Shown: positions 48,882 to 62,100 of the stretch, piece by piece | Numbering within the stretch: the first letter of the stretch is position 1 | Layout: each line of letters begins with the position of its first letter | Assembly: GCF_002113885.1 (NCBI RefSeq) | Contig: NW_018405300.1 | Coordinates: 320,883 to 384,882, forward strand | Reading direction: 5' to 3' | Source: Mizuhopecten yessoensis | Lineage: Eukaryota | Length of the DNA: 64,000 nt | The notes under the pieces: model-generated | Seen by the model: only the letters and a program-made list of their open reading frames with translations | Databases searched by the model: none | What the model was told of the DNA's origin: nothing | Translations under genes and position numbers: made by a program

Positions 48882-49571
48882 CTAGAAATATCAGTGGACC
48901 CAAGCCATATGGGGTTATCAAATAGAAACATAACTAATGATTATGTTTTAGGGGGAATAATCTAATGAGTGATACTAAGTTATTAATAATTACATTGAAG
49001 ACGCATTTATTGGTAAAAAAGATTCTCTGAAAATGATGCTCCAATACGAATTTGCTTCACCCTAAATTAAATAAATTTAAATTTAAATTTTAAAAAAAGA
49101 AAATTAATCAAAGCATTATCATCTATATATATACTATTAAGAATATAAAATATATAAAATATTTGTGGATTTCACGTTACTGTTTTGTATGATCTATCTG
49201 ATGAAATTGGTATATGATATGAAAAAAATGTCTAAAAATGATGAAAATAGACTATATCAAAGCTACATGTATATGACAGTACTGTATATATATATTATAC
49301 AGGTAATGTGAGAGAACACAGGTAAAAAACCAGGTAAAATATATATGAAACAAACTATAACTGCTATCACCACATTACTGCCTCTATGGTCTTTTTAACA
49401 AGTGGGAGAAAGGAGAACACACCGGCTGATCAGTGGTGGAAAACAAATGTTATTATTAAGCAAACAATATCGCATTCAAAGGAAACAGATGTTATAGACT
49501 ATGATGGTATTTGAAGAAGTTACACGTTTAGAGACGATATACATACGTGGAAAGCAGCACCCTTTTTGATA

Positions 49572-49903
49572 TCCCGAGTTTCCTCTGGCCCTAACACCAG
49601 ATTTTGACATATAGATGGCTGGTGTGGGGCCAGAGCGCACTGCTATATAAAAACGTGGAATTCTCCGACACCGTTTGGTATCGGAGAGTTATGAGGTGCT
49701 TACAACAAAAATCTTGTATGACACAACGCATGACAAACCTCAGAATCAGCTCTTATTATCACTAACAGCTGCTAAATTCCGTCAGTAGAATCCTCGATTT
49801 TCAATCGTTCAAAATGTCCCACCTGAGCCCACACCAGACATCTAGACTGCAAATATGTCAAAATGTCCAAGTCTGGTGTTAAGGCCAGAGGAAAATCGGA
49901 CTA
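49572..49903. mobile_element. MITE, longer member of the nested-inverted-repeat family
   Basis: Ends CCGAGTTTCCTCTGGCCCTAACACCAGA / TCTGGTGTTAAGGCCAGAGGAAAATCGG, with inner CTGGTGTGGGGCCAG and CCCACACCAGA. Confidence 0.78.
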
Positions 49904-50026
49904 ATTTTGAAGATGTTTGTTTTGAGACCGTTTATGCAGGACTATCAACAAGGATCGGTTTCAGAGAAAAACAGACTTGTGAACTGTATATTAGGTTTCC
50001 TTCTTTTATAATGAATGCATTACAAG

Positions 50027-50220
50027 TAGCCTGTGTTTCTCTGGCCCTGACACCAGACTTCGACAATTTAACAGAAAGTTTGGTGTGGGGCCAGATCCCA
50101 AACAGTTGATCCAAAAGTGCCTTTTTATGATTCTATGATTCCAATTTAATGCTGTGGCCCAACACCAGACATCTATCTTTCAAAAGATCTGGTGTTAGGG
50201 CCAGAGGAAACTCGGACTAC
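50027..50220. mobile_element. MITE, nested-inverted-repeat family
   Basis: Ends TAGCCTGTGTTTCTCTGGCCCTGACACCAGA / TCTGGTGTTAGGGCCAGAGGAAACTCGGACTA. Confidence 0.8.
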
Positions 50221-50283
50221 CCTTTTAATTTTGAAGATGCTTGTTTTGAGACCGTTTATGCAGAACTATCAACAAGTATCGGT

Positions 50284-51474
50284 GGTTTTTTTTTTATAAT
50301 TGTTTATTTTTCGAAGATTTTACATAAATAAGGCATATTCAAACACATACAAAACAAACAAAACACATTGTTTTCTTCTTAGCCACCATCATTATCATCA
50401 TCATCAATTTTTACATTCCTTTATTGCTATTAAAGAAAACAACAGATACTGACAAACACAAAATCTACACAGACATAGACAGGCAGAGAGATAGAGAGAC
50501 AGACACCCAGACAGACAGACAGACGGACAGAAAGATAGAGATGTCAGACTTTCCGAGTAGCAATGTTTAGGCAAGTTCAACTACTTTTATCCATTTTCGC
50601 CATTCATTAGTAAACTTATTCAGATATTTTCCCCCTTTACCATAAGCAATATATTTCTGAACATTGTATTATTCTTTAATCAAATTTACCAGTGCCATAA
50701 CATTAAGTGAGCTATGCAAGCATCTAGTTTTGTATATATAATGCTTAATAAAAAGAATAATTTCATTGTCAATTCTATTATAAATTCCTGCTTGCTCGTT
50801 ACATCCAAAAATAATATTTTATTTGTTTATTGAAAAGGGAATGGCAAGTGCATTTAAGAGATTTTCTAAATTTGTCAAAAAGCTTTGTACTTCAGTGCAC
50901 TCCCATAGGATATGAATAATTGTCTCCCTTTCCATAAAACATAAAACACACAGAGGGTTATTTATTAGTCCAATCTTAAATAAATATGAATTTGTTGTTA
51001 AAATGTAATGATTTATTCTAAATTGTAACCATTGTAACTTTGTGTTATTTGTTACCCTGAATGGAACAGCATATATTTTTTTCCATGTTTCCTTATTATA
51101 ATCAAAAACAGTTCCCCATTTATTTTGTCCTGTTACTGTGATATTATTTAGAATAAGAACTTTATAGAACTCCTGTAATCCTTCTTTCTTTTTTTTTAAT
51201 ATAACTTCAAGATTTAATGGTATGATTGGGTAACTCAACATCTTGTTGGGTACATTGTGATTCTTAATGTATTTCTTTTTGCTCTTTATCACTCCTTGAT
51301 ATTGAAGATAATTTGTTATTGAACCATGAATAGTACAAAATTCATTGAAAGAGAAAAAGGAACAAGTTCTAATATCTTTAACTAAATCATTGCTAATCAC
51401 AATCCCCTTATTGAACCAATTTCTATAGAAAATGTCACTATTACCAATAGTTATGTTTTTGTTATACCATATGG
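50284..51474 (-). mobile_element. 5'-truncated L1/Tx1 LINE, relative of 54810-58507
   Basis: The ORF matches the ORF2 C-terminus (WYNKNI...TKLQWLQFRINHYILTTNSYL...C..C...ETIIHILWEC). Poly(T) at the left end and direct repeat GTATCGGT at 50276-50283 and 51475-51482. The uninterrupted target GGATCGGTTTCAGAGAAAA is present at ~49952. Confidence 0.92.
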
Positions 51475-51885
51475 GTATCGGTTTCAGAGAAAATAAGCTA
51501 CGCATGATCTAGAAATAAGATAAACTACATGCATAAGGGTCTAACTCGTTATCTTGATCCTGTCATTCTAATACACTTCCGTTTACTAGTCGCGGCATCA
51601 AAAAGAGACATGAACGATACGGCTTGCCAAGAGGAAGTAACTCTAAGCAGAAGAAATATACCTTTTTGTTTCACGTCCTTAAAGGGAGAATACTTCAAGT
51701 TGGGAAAAAACGCAAACACATACGAATAAAAGCTCGGAAATGGAACTTTCTTAGCGATTTAAATTGATGTATACCTTTTACCTTTAATTTAAAGGTTGGT
51801 TCAAAATACTCATTAGTAGAACTCCCCCGCGGAAGTTTTTGAAAATATAGAGATGTATTTGTGTAAAAATGGTTTTAAAGGTATT

Positions 51886-53483
51886 TAGTTTAAACTTTAT
51901 TTTATTGATGTTAAATTAGAATAGTACAGAAAAGGATCCAGAAACAAGTACATAGTACTTATGTAAATCCGTCTCCTTATAGACATAACAGCAGCTATGG
52001 ATCAGTACTGACAATATAATAATTCATATATATAAATAAATATATATATATGTATAAAGTATAACATGTGCAGGGAAAAGAAAGAGAAAGGGTGCAAGGA
52101 TTTATAGTGGGATGGGGATGATGTTTGATGGGGATGCGATGGGCATTAAAACTGCATTGAGAGAACAAACGCTGATTGCATGAATACAAACGATATTTGA
52201 CGAAAGAGCACTGTGTCTGTACATGTTGTGGAAAGTTTATGTAGTATGTTATGAAAACATTTTAAAACTACAAATGCAATTCTTAACTAGCACTAATGAT
52301 CTCTAACACTCTACGCAGACCAATGCGATATGCAAGTAATTGCAAGTATCACCACAACAAACATGATTACTGATATGAATGAGTCAAAAATAGTTTCATT
52401 TAAGTGAATTGGTAGTTCGGGTCTACCATAAAGTAAAAAGCTTACATTATAGTTAGGAGGTAGGCGACTAAAACATTGGATTCTCAGCTGCTGGTAGTTA
52501 GGACATTGGAGGAGGAAATGTTCTGTAGTTTCAGTAGACAAATTATATGAGCACATGGGACTATCAACTAAGTTCCGTGCAAACAGGTGAGTGTTTAAGG
52601 AGCTGCAGTTCATCCTAAGTCGTGCATGATGCATCTCACCTTGTCTGCTTCTGCAGTAGTAATAGTGCTGAGGAACAGAGAGAGTGTCGACATTTAGATT
52701 TTTTTTGAGGTTAGTAATTGAGGGATTGTATTTTACGTTATCTGGTAGTGCATTCCATAAATCAACAGAAGAGGGGAGGAAAGAGTCTTTATATAGATTA
52801 GTTCGACAGTTGACTCGACAGAAATTGTTAGCTCTTCTTGTATTGTAAGTATGTACATTTGAATGGCGAGCAGGTAGAACGTTAGCAAGATAAGAAGGGC
52901 ACTGACCATGAACAATCTTATGAAATTAGATTACAGTGTACTACATTTGAGTTTGTGTTTTCTACTTCGGGCAATAAGGGGGTCCCAACCAGATTCTGCA
53001 TATAGTCTGTCGTGACTTGTGAGTTTGGTTGCCCCAGCCACGATTCTGGCTGCTTCGAGTTGTATGTTTTCAATCAACTGGCTTTGGCCTAAAGTTATAT
53101 TTTGTATGTTGTCCCATACAATATCACCATATTCTAATAAGGGTCTTATACAAGTATAATATATCGTTTGAAGAGACTTTCTATCAATGATAAATTTTAG
53201 ATTCCTAATTATGCTAAGTTTTTTAAAAGGCTTTACTAATAAATTTTGTTTTGAATATGGTCACCCCAACTTCCATTGGCTGAGATAGAGATACTGAGAT
53301 GTTTATTGCAAGTGACTTCAGTTAAAGAAATATTTTTAGACAAATCGTGAATTTTCATTAGATTATTATTTAACAGGTTTGCGGTCGGACCCGGTGACTC
53401 TACTTTGACATATAGAGACGTATCGTCAGCAAATAGCTTTATAGTACAATCGATGTCTTTGACAATATCATTTATAAAGATTA
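51886..53483 (-). mobile_element. CR1/L2-group LINE fragment, near-identical family member of 29457-30698 but extending into the RT domain
   Basis: Colinear with 29457-30693 including the 3' UTR. The extra 5' part encodes FINDIVKDIDCTIKLFADDTSLYV. Confidence 0.9.
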
Positions 53484-54809
53484 TTTTTTTTAAGTAGTAA
53501 GGGGCATTAAAAGTAATTAATTCATGAAATAACGCCTTCTGCTAAGCTTACATACTGATATCAAACGAACTTTATAAAAAGGGTCGGTATCTTCATATGT
53601 TCATAGAATTAAGTGTTTTGAATCTGCATTCAAATTTTAGTCTCAGTTTCCTTATATTTACCTAGCTCTTTACCATAAGTTGAAATACTGATTTCAGTAT
53701 AACATTAAGTCTTGCTTACGTATTCGTTTTCTTTTGCACATCATGTCTCCGAAGCTTAACGCACATCATGGGGTTGGGTGTGGGGAAGAGGATATGCCGG
53801 GGGGTGGGGTATGGCGAGACGCAAATTAGTTGGGTTGTCGAGACAGGGGAAACATTTGTTCGTGTTGTTATAAGGTTGGAAGGAGGGGTGGGACTGCCAC
53901 ATTTATCCTTTAATCCTTTTTTCGAATGGGTAATGAACACGGGTATATATATACGTGTCTGATTACATACGTACTTATGTGCCACAAGTCTTGAAATCGC
54001 GTTATGTTATTTTCCCATTTGGTTTCTGTGTTAATCTTAATTTTCTTCTTTAAAATTTTATTTTCAGCCTTAGTTTTAATTTTCATCTCATCAAATTTTA
54101 ACAACAAAAAAATACATACAGAAAATTCAGAATTCAAGGGAAAATCCTGGAATTTGAGTGCGGTGGGACATTTGAGCAATTTTTAGTCAATATCAACATT
54201 AAGAGGGGCCATTCTATGTAAAATTAAAGTAGAATTTGAACATGGAGGGATCATTGGCATCATGGCCCCCTCCAGGATTATCCCCGTACTCGTAATATTG
54301 TTTTAAACCATTTATACTATGAATTGATAAGACAAAATATTTCATTGCAATATTTAACATTGTGTACCACAAGAAAGACGCCAATAATGACTTTAATGCG
54401 AAGATGAAGCCACAGAAAATAAAATATAATAAACCATACAGATCTTCAGTACAGGAACTACCGTTACGGTTTCTGTAGTAGTTTAGAACGAAGCAATTTC
54501 GGCCTCTTTTTTTTTATTATTAAAGTCGTTCTTAACACTATGGCGTTTGTTGAAATTTGTTTATATTTTGAAGAGAAATTGCATTCCCTCAATAACGGCA
54601 ATCGCGTATATGTAGCTTTTTTCTGTCAAAAGATTGGATAGCCGAACTTGCCTCGCCTTGGTAAAAGATCGGACAGACGATCTGGGGTACTCGGGAGGAT
54701 TCCTGACGCTATATATACACGTCAAATCTCCCCCCATTGGAACTTGCCCGGTATCATTGGCCGAACCTGCCCAAAATTGATATTTCAATAAATTCATTAA
54801 TTACAGCTA

Positions 54810-57800
54810 GGGTATTAGAAATAATAAATAACTTTGATTTAGTGGATGTTTTTAGAGAACAGCATGCTGACATTTCCAGATATACATGGCGTAGGAGTAA
54901 ACCTATCAAGCAGGCTAGGTTAGATTTCTTTTTGGTTTCTGGGAACTTATTACAAAGTGTAGGTGAGACAAGTATAGATCCAGGTTACAGATCAGACCAT
55001 TCTTTCCCCAAAATTGTGTTAAAATTTAACGAATTTAAAAAAGGTAAAGGTCTATGGAAGTTAAATAGTTCCTTATTATATGACCTGGAATATCTTAATA
55101 TAATTAATGATACTATTAAAACAGTTAAATTACAGTATTGCCTTCCTATATATAATCCTGAAAATATAGATGATATACCTGATTCAGATTTACAGTTTGT
55201 TATAAATGATCAGTTATTTTTAGAAACACTATTAATGGAAATTAGAGGTAAGTCAATTTCATATTCTTCCTATAAAAAGAAACAGTGTTGGGCAAGGGAA
55301 AAGACCTTAATAGATCAAATACAGGAACTGGAAAATGAGAATAATGTAGACTTAGACAAGTTACTTGAGAAAAAAAAGGAATTGGAAAAGATTAGAGTAC
55401 ATAGGATAAAAGGGAGTATAATACGTGCAAAAGCCTTATGGATTGATGAGGGTGAAAAACCTACCAATTATTTTTTTAATTTAGAAAATAGACATTTTAC
55501 ATCAAAAATCATTCCAAAGTTACAACAGGAAAATGGGGAATTTCTAACTAAACAAGTAGATATATTAAATGAGGTGAAATTTTTTTATGAACAATTGTAT
55601 TCTATTGATAATGAAGTCGATGACATAGATTTGGATGAATTTTTAGAAGATTTTGATGTTCCAAGATTAAATGTTGAAGAAGCGGTCAGTTTGGAAGGTA
55701 TTATTACACTTAAAGAAGCATCTATAACACTAAAGAATATGAAAAGTAATAAGAGCCCAGGCTCAGATGGATTCACATCAGAATTTTATAAATGTTTTTG
55801 GAATCAGTTAGGTAATTTTGTGGTTAGGGCATTAAATTATGGTTTTTCAAATGGTCAGCTATCTATTACACAACGTCAGGGAATAATTACTTGTATACCT
55901 AAGGCTAATAAATCAAAGTATTTTATAAAGAATTGGAGACCTATTTCTCTATTAAACATTGTATACAAAATTGCTTCTGGATCAATAACAAGTAGATTCA
56001 AATTAGTTTTACAAAAAATTATAAACTCTGATCAATCAGGATTTATATCGGGACGCTATGTAGGAGAAAATACTCGCCTGGTTTATGACATTATGCAATA
56101 TACAGAGGAAAATGATATCCCTGGAATGTTATTAATGGTTGATTTTGAAAAGGCTTTCGATTCTGTCTCTTGGAAATTCATAGACGAAGTACTTAGATAT
56201 TTTGGATTTGGAAACGATATCAGAAATTGGGTCAAAATTTTACACTGTAATTCAAGCTCTGCTATAAACCAGGGGGGTAATTTATCAGCTTTTTTCAAAA
56301 TAAATCGTGGTTGTCGTCAAGGAGATCCCATCGCTCCATATATTTTTATACTATGTGCAGAAGTTTTAGCAATCCGCCTTAGAAACAATAAGAGTATAAC
56401 TGGTATAAAGGTTAATAACTGTCCCATCTTAAACTCTCAGTATGCAGATGACACTTCTCTGGTATTAGATGGTTCTGAAAAATCACTGAAAGGGGCGGTT
56501 GATGAACTAAATATTTATGCAAAAATATCTGGTCTTAAAGTAAATGTAGGTAAAACTGAAGTTGTCTGGATAGGCAGTAAAAAATACAGCAATGATGTTC
56601 TCCTTCCAAATATGAATCTTAGATGGGGAGTTAATAAATTTACTCTTCTTGGGATAGATTTCCATGTAGATCTTTGCAAAATACCTAAAATGAACTTTGA
56701 TAAAAAATTAGTTAAACTTAAAGCTCTTATTAAGAGCTGGAGTAGAAGGTTGCTCACACCTATTGGTAGAATTAATGTCATTAAATCTTTATTAATTTCT
56801 CAGATGAATCATCTGTTCATTTCCTTACCTAATCCATCTGAAAAATTTATAAAACAGCTCAATTCTGTTCTTTTCAATTTTTTATGGAATAGCAAAACTG
56901 ATAAGATTAAACGGGACATAATAATCCAAAATTATCAAGAAGGTGGGCTAAAAATGGTTAATTTAATGTCTTTTATTGAAGCTCTGAAAATAAGTTGGAT
57001 AAGAAGGTTTTTTAGATCAGAAGGTAAATGGGTAAGCATTTTAAAATCTTGTGTAAATCCTCATATCTTGGCTAACTCAGGAAACGAGTACCTTAATAAA
57101 GTTCAAGGAAATTGCAAAAATGTGTTTTGGAAAGATGTGTTTAGGGCATGGTATAAATTAAGAGCAAAAGAGGAGCTGTTTAAAAATGAGAATTTTGCCC
57201 TACTTAAGACACCCTTATGGTATAACAAAAATATTTCTGTTGGTAATAAAGTTGTTTTTTATAGTAAGTGGTTTAAAAACGGGATTATGATAATTAATGA
57301 TTTGTTGAAAAACAACACAGACTACTCTTTCTTGTCTTTTAAGGAATTTTGTGATCTACATGGTACAATAACTAATTATCTAGAATATCATGGCTTGATA
57401 ACAAGCATAAAGAATTATCTGAAACAACTTAATTTGCCAAACAAAAATGTGATATACCCAATTATACCGTTACATCTTGTAATAATTTTAAAGAAGAAAA
57501 AAGGTTCTCAAGACTTCTATAATATACTTATCAGAAATAATGCATCAATAACTGCTCAAACAAAATGGGGAACTATATTCGACTATAATCAGGAAACTTG
57601 GGGGAAAATATATGCTATTCCTTTCAGGGTTACAAAAAATACAAAATTGCAATGGTTGCAATTTAGAATTAATCATTATATTTTAACAACCAATTCTTAT
57701 TTATGCAAAATTGGACTTGTAAATAACCCACACTGTGTTTTTTGTATCATAGAAAGGGAGACAATTACCCACGTTTTATGGGAATGCAGGGAAGTACAAA

Positions 57801-58123
57801 AATTTCTGAGCAATTTTGAAAGTCTTTTAAGTGCTCTCACTATTCCTTTCTCACTAAATAAAGAATCAATGATCTTTGGTTTTATCAACCAAACTGGAAT
57901 TTATACCAGAATTGATAATGAAATTACTCTGTTCATTAAACAATATATATACAAAACCAGATGTTTTCATAAGTCACTTAATGTGACGGCTTTAGTCAAT
58001 TCGATTAAAGATTACTATAAGGTTCAGAAATATATTGCTCGTGGTAAAGGGGAACAAGGCCTTAGAAGATTTACTTCTGAATGGGAAAAATGGTTAAAAT
58101 TAGTAGAGCTTGACCTCAACTAA
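54810..58123 (+). CDS. LINE ORF2 (C-terminal part of AP endonuclease, reverse transcriptase, zf-RVT), uninterrupted but lacking its N-terminus
   Basis: YTW...ARLDFFL...SDH (APE); KSPGSDG, NWRPISLLN, DFEKAFDSV, GCRQGDP and QYADD (RT); C..C....ET..H..WEC. The first ~24 codons of the predicted ORF (54737-54809) are flanking DNA upstream of the TSD. Confidence 0.93.
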
Positions 58124-58210
58124 CCCTGAGTCTTATGACTATTTATATTAAGTTAGTAGTTGTTATTGTACTTTAAAAAACAAAATACTGACAAATACTC
58201 ACAGCAGTCT

Positions 58211-58270
<60 letters not shown>

Positions 58271-58507
58271 AGTGCTCTTTGTCCATTTGTTTTGTCTTTC
58301 TATGTGTGAAAGTGTGTGAAAATTGAATGTGTCTTGGTGATTGTATAAAATCATCATCAGATGATGAGAATGATGAGGAGGATGAGGTTGCTGATAATTT
58401 CAATAGTAGATATGTGTGAATGTTTGGATGTGTGTTGATGTGATGTTCTGTATAATGTACATGTTCTGAAAATCTTGGAAAATAAAAAATAAATAAATAA
58501 ATAAATA
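54810..58507 (+). mobile_element. Young 5'-truncated L1/Tx1 LINE with 11-bp TSD
   Basis: TSD AATTACAGCTA at 54799-54809 and 58508-58518. 3' UTR with (TC)n and an (AAAT)n tail. Confidence 0.95.
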
Positions 58508-59168
58508 AATTACAGCTATACGTAAGTCAAATGTAGGCTTTGGTACAAACCATCATGTGAAGCTGTCAGTGTGACATAATTAAGTAACTGTTATAACAAT
58601 TTGGTTTACAAAAAGTTCGCAAAACTAGAAAGAATGCATTTCTACCCTCCCAAAAGAGACTTTATCCCTTTTAGATTAGTAGTTTTACCATAGATATTTT
58701 CTTGCCATTTTTCGTGCGAATGTCTCGCCGAGCTAACTTAACTGCTAAGGTTTTTTCTCAAGACATAAAATGTCAGGGATGGTCGAACTTGACTTACCCC
58801 GGGGCCGAACTTTCTCCCGGGACTCCTACACTGAGTCAGGTAGATATAGAATGTAGGCCTAATAAAAAAAATCTTGATTGTTTTTGCCAATTTATTTATG
58901 ATGGTCAAAATTTTATGAAATTGAAAATGATCTACTACCAACAGAGGTATATATGATAGCAGCCTACAGACATAAGGACTTCTTTTCTGACTGATCTCGG
59001 ACATCCAAGTGATCCTTCATATAACGTCCAATCAAAATCCTCGTTACAAATGAAAATCGTTCGATGTAAATACAAATGGCCACCTAACGAAAGGCTTTGG
59101 AGAGAAGCTGACGTTCAACCAGTACGGATTATTTATACAGTGGAGTGGCCAAAAGTGTTACTGGCCTG

Positions 59169-62100
59169 ATGAACATCGCAGCTAAAACCGACGACGAGCA
59201 ATCAGAGCTGCTATTTGTTAACTTTAATCAGGATTGCACGTAAGATTTCCATCTTGTGTTCCTCCCATCTTTTGCCGTTGTTTGTATTTACGTGCGTTTT
59301 CGTTTCGAAATCCTAAAAACAATTCTTATCGAAATCATATTTTCTTTTTTTTCAGATCATTGGCTATTGGAACTAGGACCGGTTACAAGTTGTTTTCCCT
59401 TAGCTCGGTAGATAAATTGGAACAAATCTATGAAAATGGTGAGGTCAAAGATATGGATGTTGTATTAATTAAGTTTACCCCCTTCCCAAACTTGGTATTT
59501 GAATGATAGATACACTTCGAATCGCCTTTGACATAAATATTTTGGATTGTTTTGAAAAACAAAATATATATTGCATAATTATTTGATAATGAAATCAAAT
59601 AATGGATATAAGGTTGCATTTGATGTCAGAAAGGTGTGTATATTTTTCGTCGTCGACATCAGCTAATACACTGGAATGTCGTAAACAAGCTGTCATAATT
59701 TCTATTTTTAGTAACAACACGACACGGGGTCATGTCACTTCAGATATGAGTGCTTGGTCTACAGCTCAGGTCATATCAAAACGGGAAGTCCTTGGTCACT
59801 TTATTAATCAAAATAATTTGATTCAATTTTTGTTTAATTTATTTTAGATTGGTACTTAAAAGTTTATAATTGAAGTGTCACACTTTATAATACAATACAA
59901 ACTCAAATACTACGGGATAACAGGGAACACACACGCATGGATTACAGACTTTCTTTCATTTCGCACCCAAACAGTAGTACTTGAGGGAAAACAATCAGAC
60001 AAAATACAAGTAACCTCTGGGGTCCCTCAAGGAACCTGTTTGGGCCCCATCCTCTTCCTCATCTACATAAATGACTTCCACTAATACATGAAATACAGCA
60101 CACTTAGACTATTTGCATATGACAGCATAATATACAAGACAATAAACAACAAAGAAGACACATTAAAACTACAACACGACCTCGATGCAGCAGGACAATT
60201 GGAGACTGACTGGTTAATGCAATTTCACCCCGCCAAATGTAACATACTTAACATTACACCGAACCGCAACAAAATACACCATGATTACCAACTCCACAAC
60301 AACACATTACACAAAGTAGAAACAAGCAAATACTTAGGACTAACACTACAAAACAACCTACGATGGGACAAACGCATAAACAATATCACAGCCAATGCCA
60401 ATAGGTCCCTAGGTTTTCTCAAACGCAACCTGAAAATAAACTCACCACATATAAAAGAACATGCATACAAAGCACTAGTTAGGCCTAAACTTGAATACTG
60501 CTCTTCCATTTGGGATCCACACAACACAAACCAAATTAAACAAAAAGAAAAAACACAACGAAGAGCAGCACGCTACGTACAAAACAGATACCACAATACT
60601 AGTTCCGTAACAGACATGATCCACACACTTCAATGGCCAACACTACAAACACAACGCTTATACACTAGAATTATCCTTTTTTACAAAATTATACACAGAA
60701 TCGTAGCTTTAAACCCAACACATATACTCACACCTGTAGATCCCCGCACCAGACAGGTACACCAGTACGCATACAAACACATATCTGCTACAAAGGACAC
60801 CTACAAATACTCATTCTTCCCACACACAGTAACACAATTGAATCTCCTCCCCTTAGCAGCAGTCCAATGCACAACACTAGAGGACTTCAAGGCACACTTA
60901 CCCTACACATCCCTTGAAGCCCTCATCACACACTAGTACATACACCAGATTTTAACTTTTTATCTATACCTTGCACAAAAAAATCACAAAAAAAACCACC
61001 CCACCCCTAATCACTATAAATAACCCCTTCACGCCTCTACAATAGGACCCCCGATGGCATAATCATCAAACTGATGGAGCCCTCGTATAAAGAAGAAGAA
61101 GAAGAAGTGTTCGCACTTTCTTGTGTCATTTTTGTATTTATAAATTGAAAATTGGACTTGGAAAATGTTTGAGTTCTGATTTTATTTTGCAAAATCAAAG
61201 AAATCGGAAGGATACTCGAGCTCCATTGTCTTTTCAAGTCTACATTAGTAACATGTATGTTACAATTCTTCGTCTAGGTGTCTGGAGGATATACATGATA
61301 GTAAACAGAGCCCCGTAAACTGTTTTTTATTAAGGTTAGGATTTTGGGAATCATTCAAAGAAAAAAACACTTCCAGTATATTTTAACACCCCCTTCCCCA
61401 ATAATCCCTAGTATATTTTTGATGATATGAATAAAGAAGAAAAGCAGTTGATTATCATGTTGTTAATTACCTTTGGAAAATTGCTGCTGTCAGATCTTTT
61501 TCGCAAATGTATTTTTTTTTATCTATAATACATACTTGTAAAAGAGGGAAAATGCACAGCCAGACCGGAATTTGGAACTTAGACCTCCAAACTCTAGACA
61601 GGCATTCTAATCAATTGTGCTACCTTGTTGTCAGTGTTTGTCTCCGTCTAGTTCTGCTACATTGATGCTTTTTTTTAAGTCTCAACCAAGGACAGCAATA
61701 TTTACAACCCAGGATTCAGTATCACCTTTCCAAGCATTCAAAGGCACTGTAACAGGAGAGGAGAAATGCATGGCCACACCGGGATTCAAACCTGGGTCCT
61801 TTGAACTTTAAATGGATGCTCTAACCAGTTGAGCTGGTTGCTGGAAATCCACCAATAGTCAAGTTTCACTACATAATAATAATGATACAACCACAAATTG
61901 CAATTTTTTATTCATTACTTAGCTTCCCTGATACCAGTTTCATAACAGTAATTACAGGAATTGTGTTATTGACATACTTTAATTTCACCTTGCAATAGCT
62001 GCCTTTCTGAGGTACTGTTTCATAATAACTCTACTTTCTACTTCCAGAAAGTTTTTAGCTTATCAACGCTACAGTTTTAACGATTATGTTTTTTCAAGTT

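Noticed and set aside
54240-54275. Another CA...TG footprint (CATGGAGGG...CCCTCCAGG)
   Set aside because: Imperfect arms and no flanking direct repeat.
54737-54809. N-terminus of the 1128-aa ORF as a genuine start
   Set aside because: It lies outside the TSD-defined element and begins at a non-ATG codon; it is chance in-frame flanking DNA.
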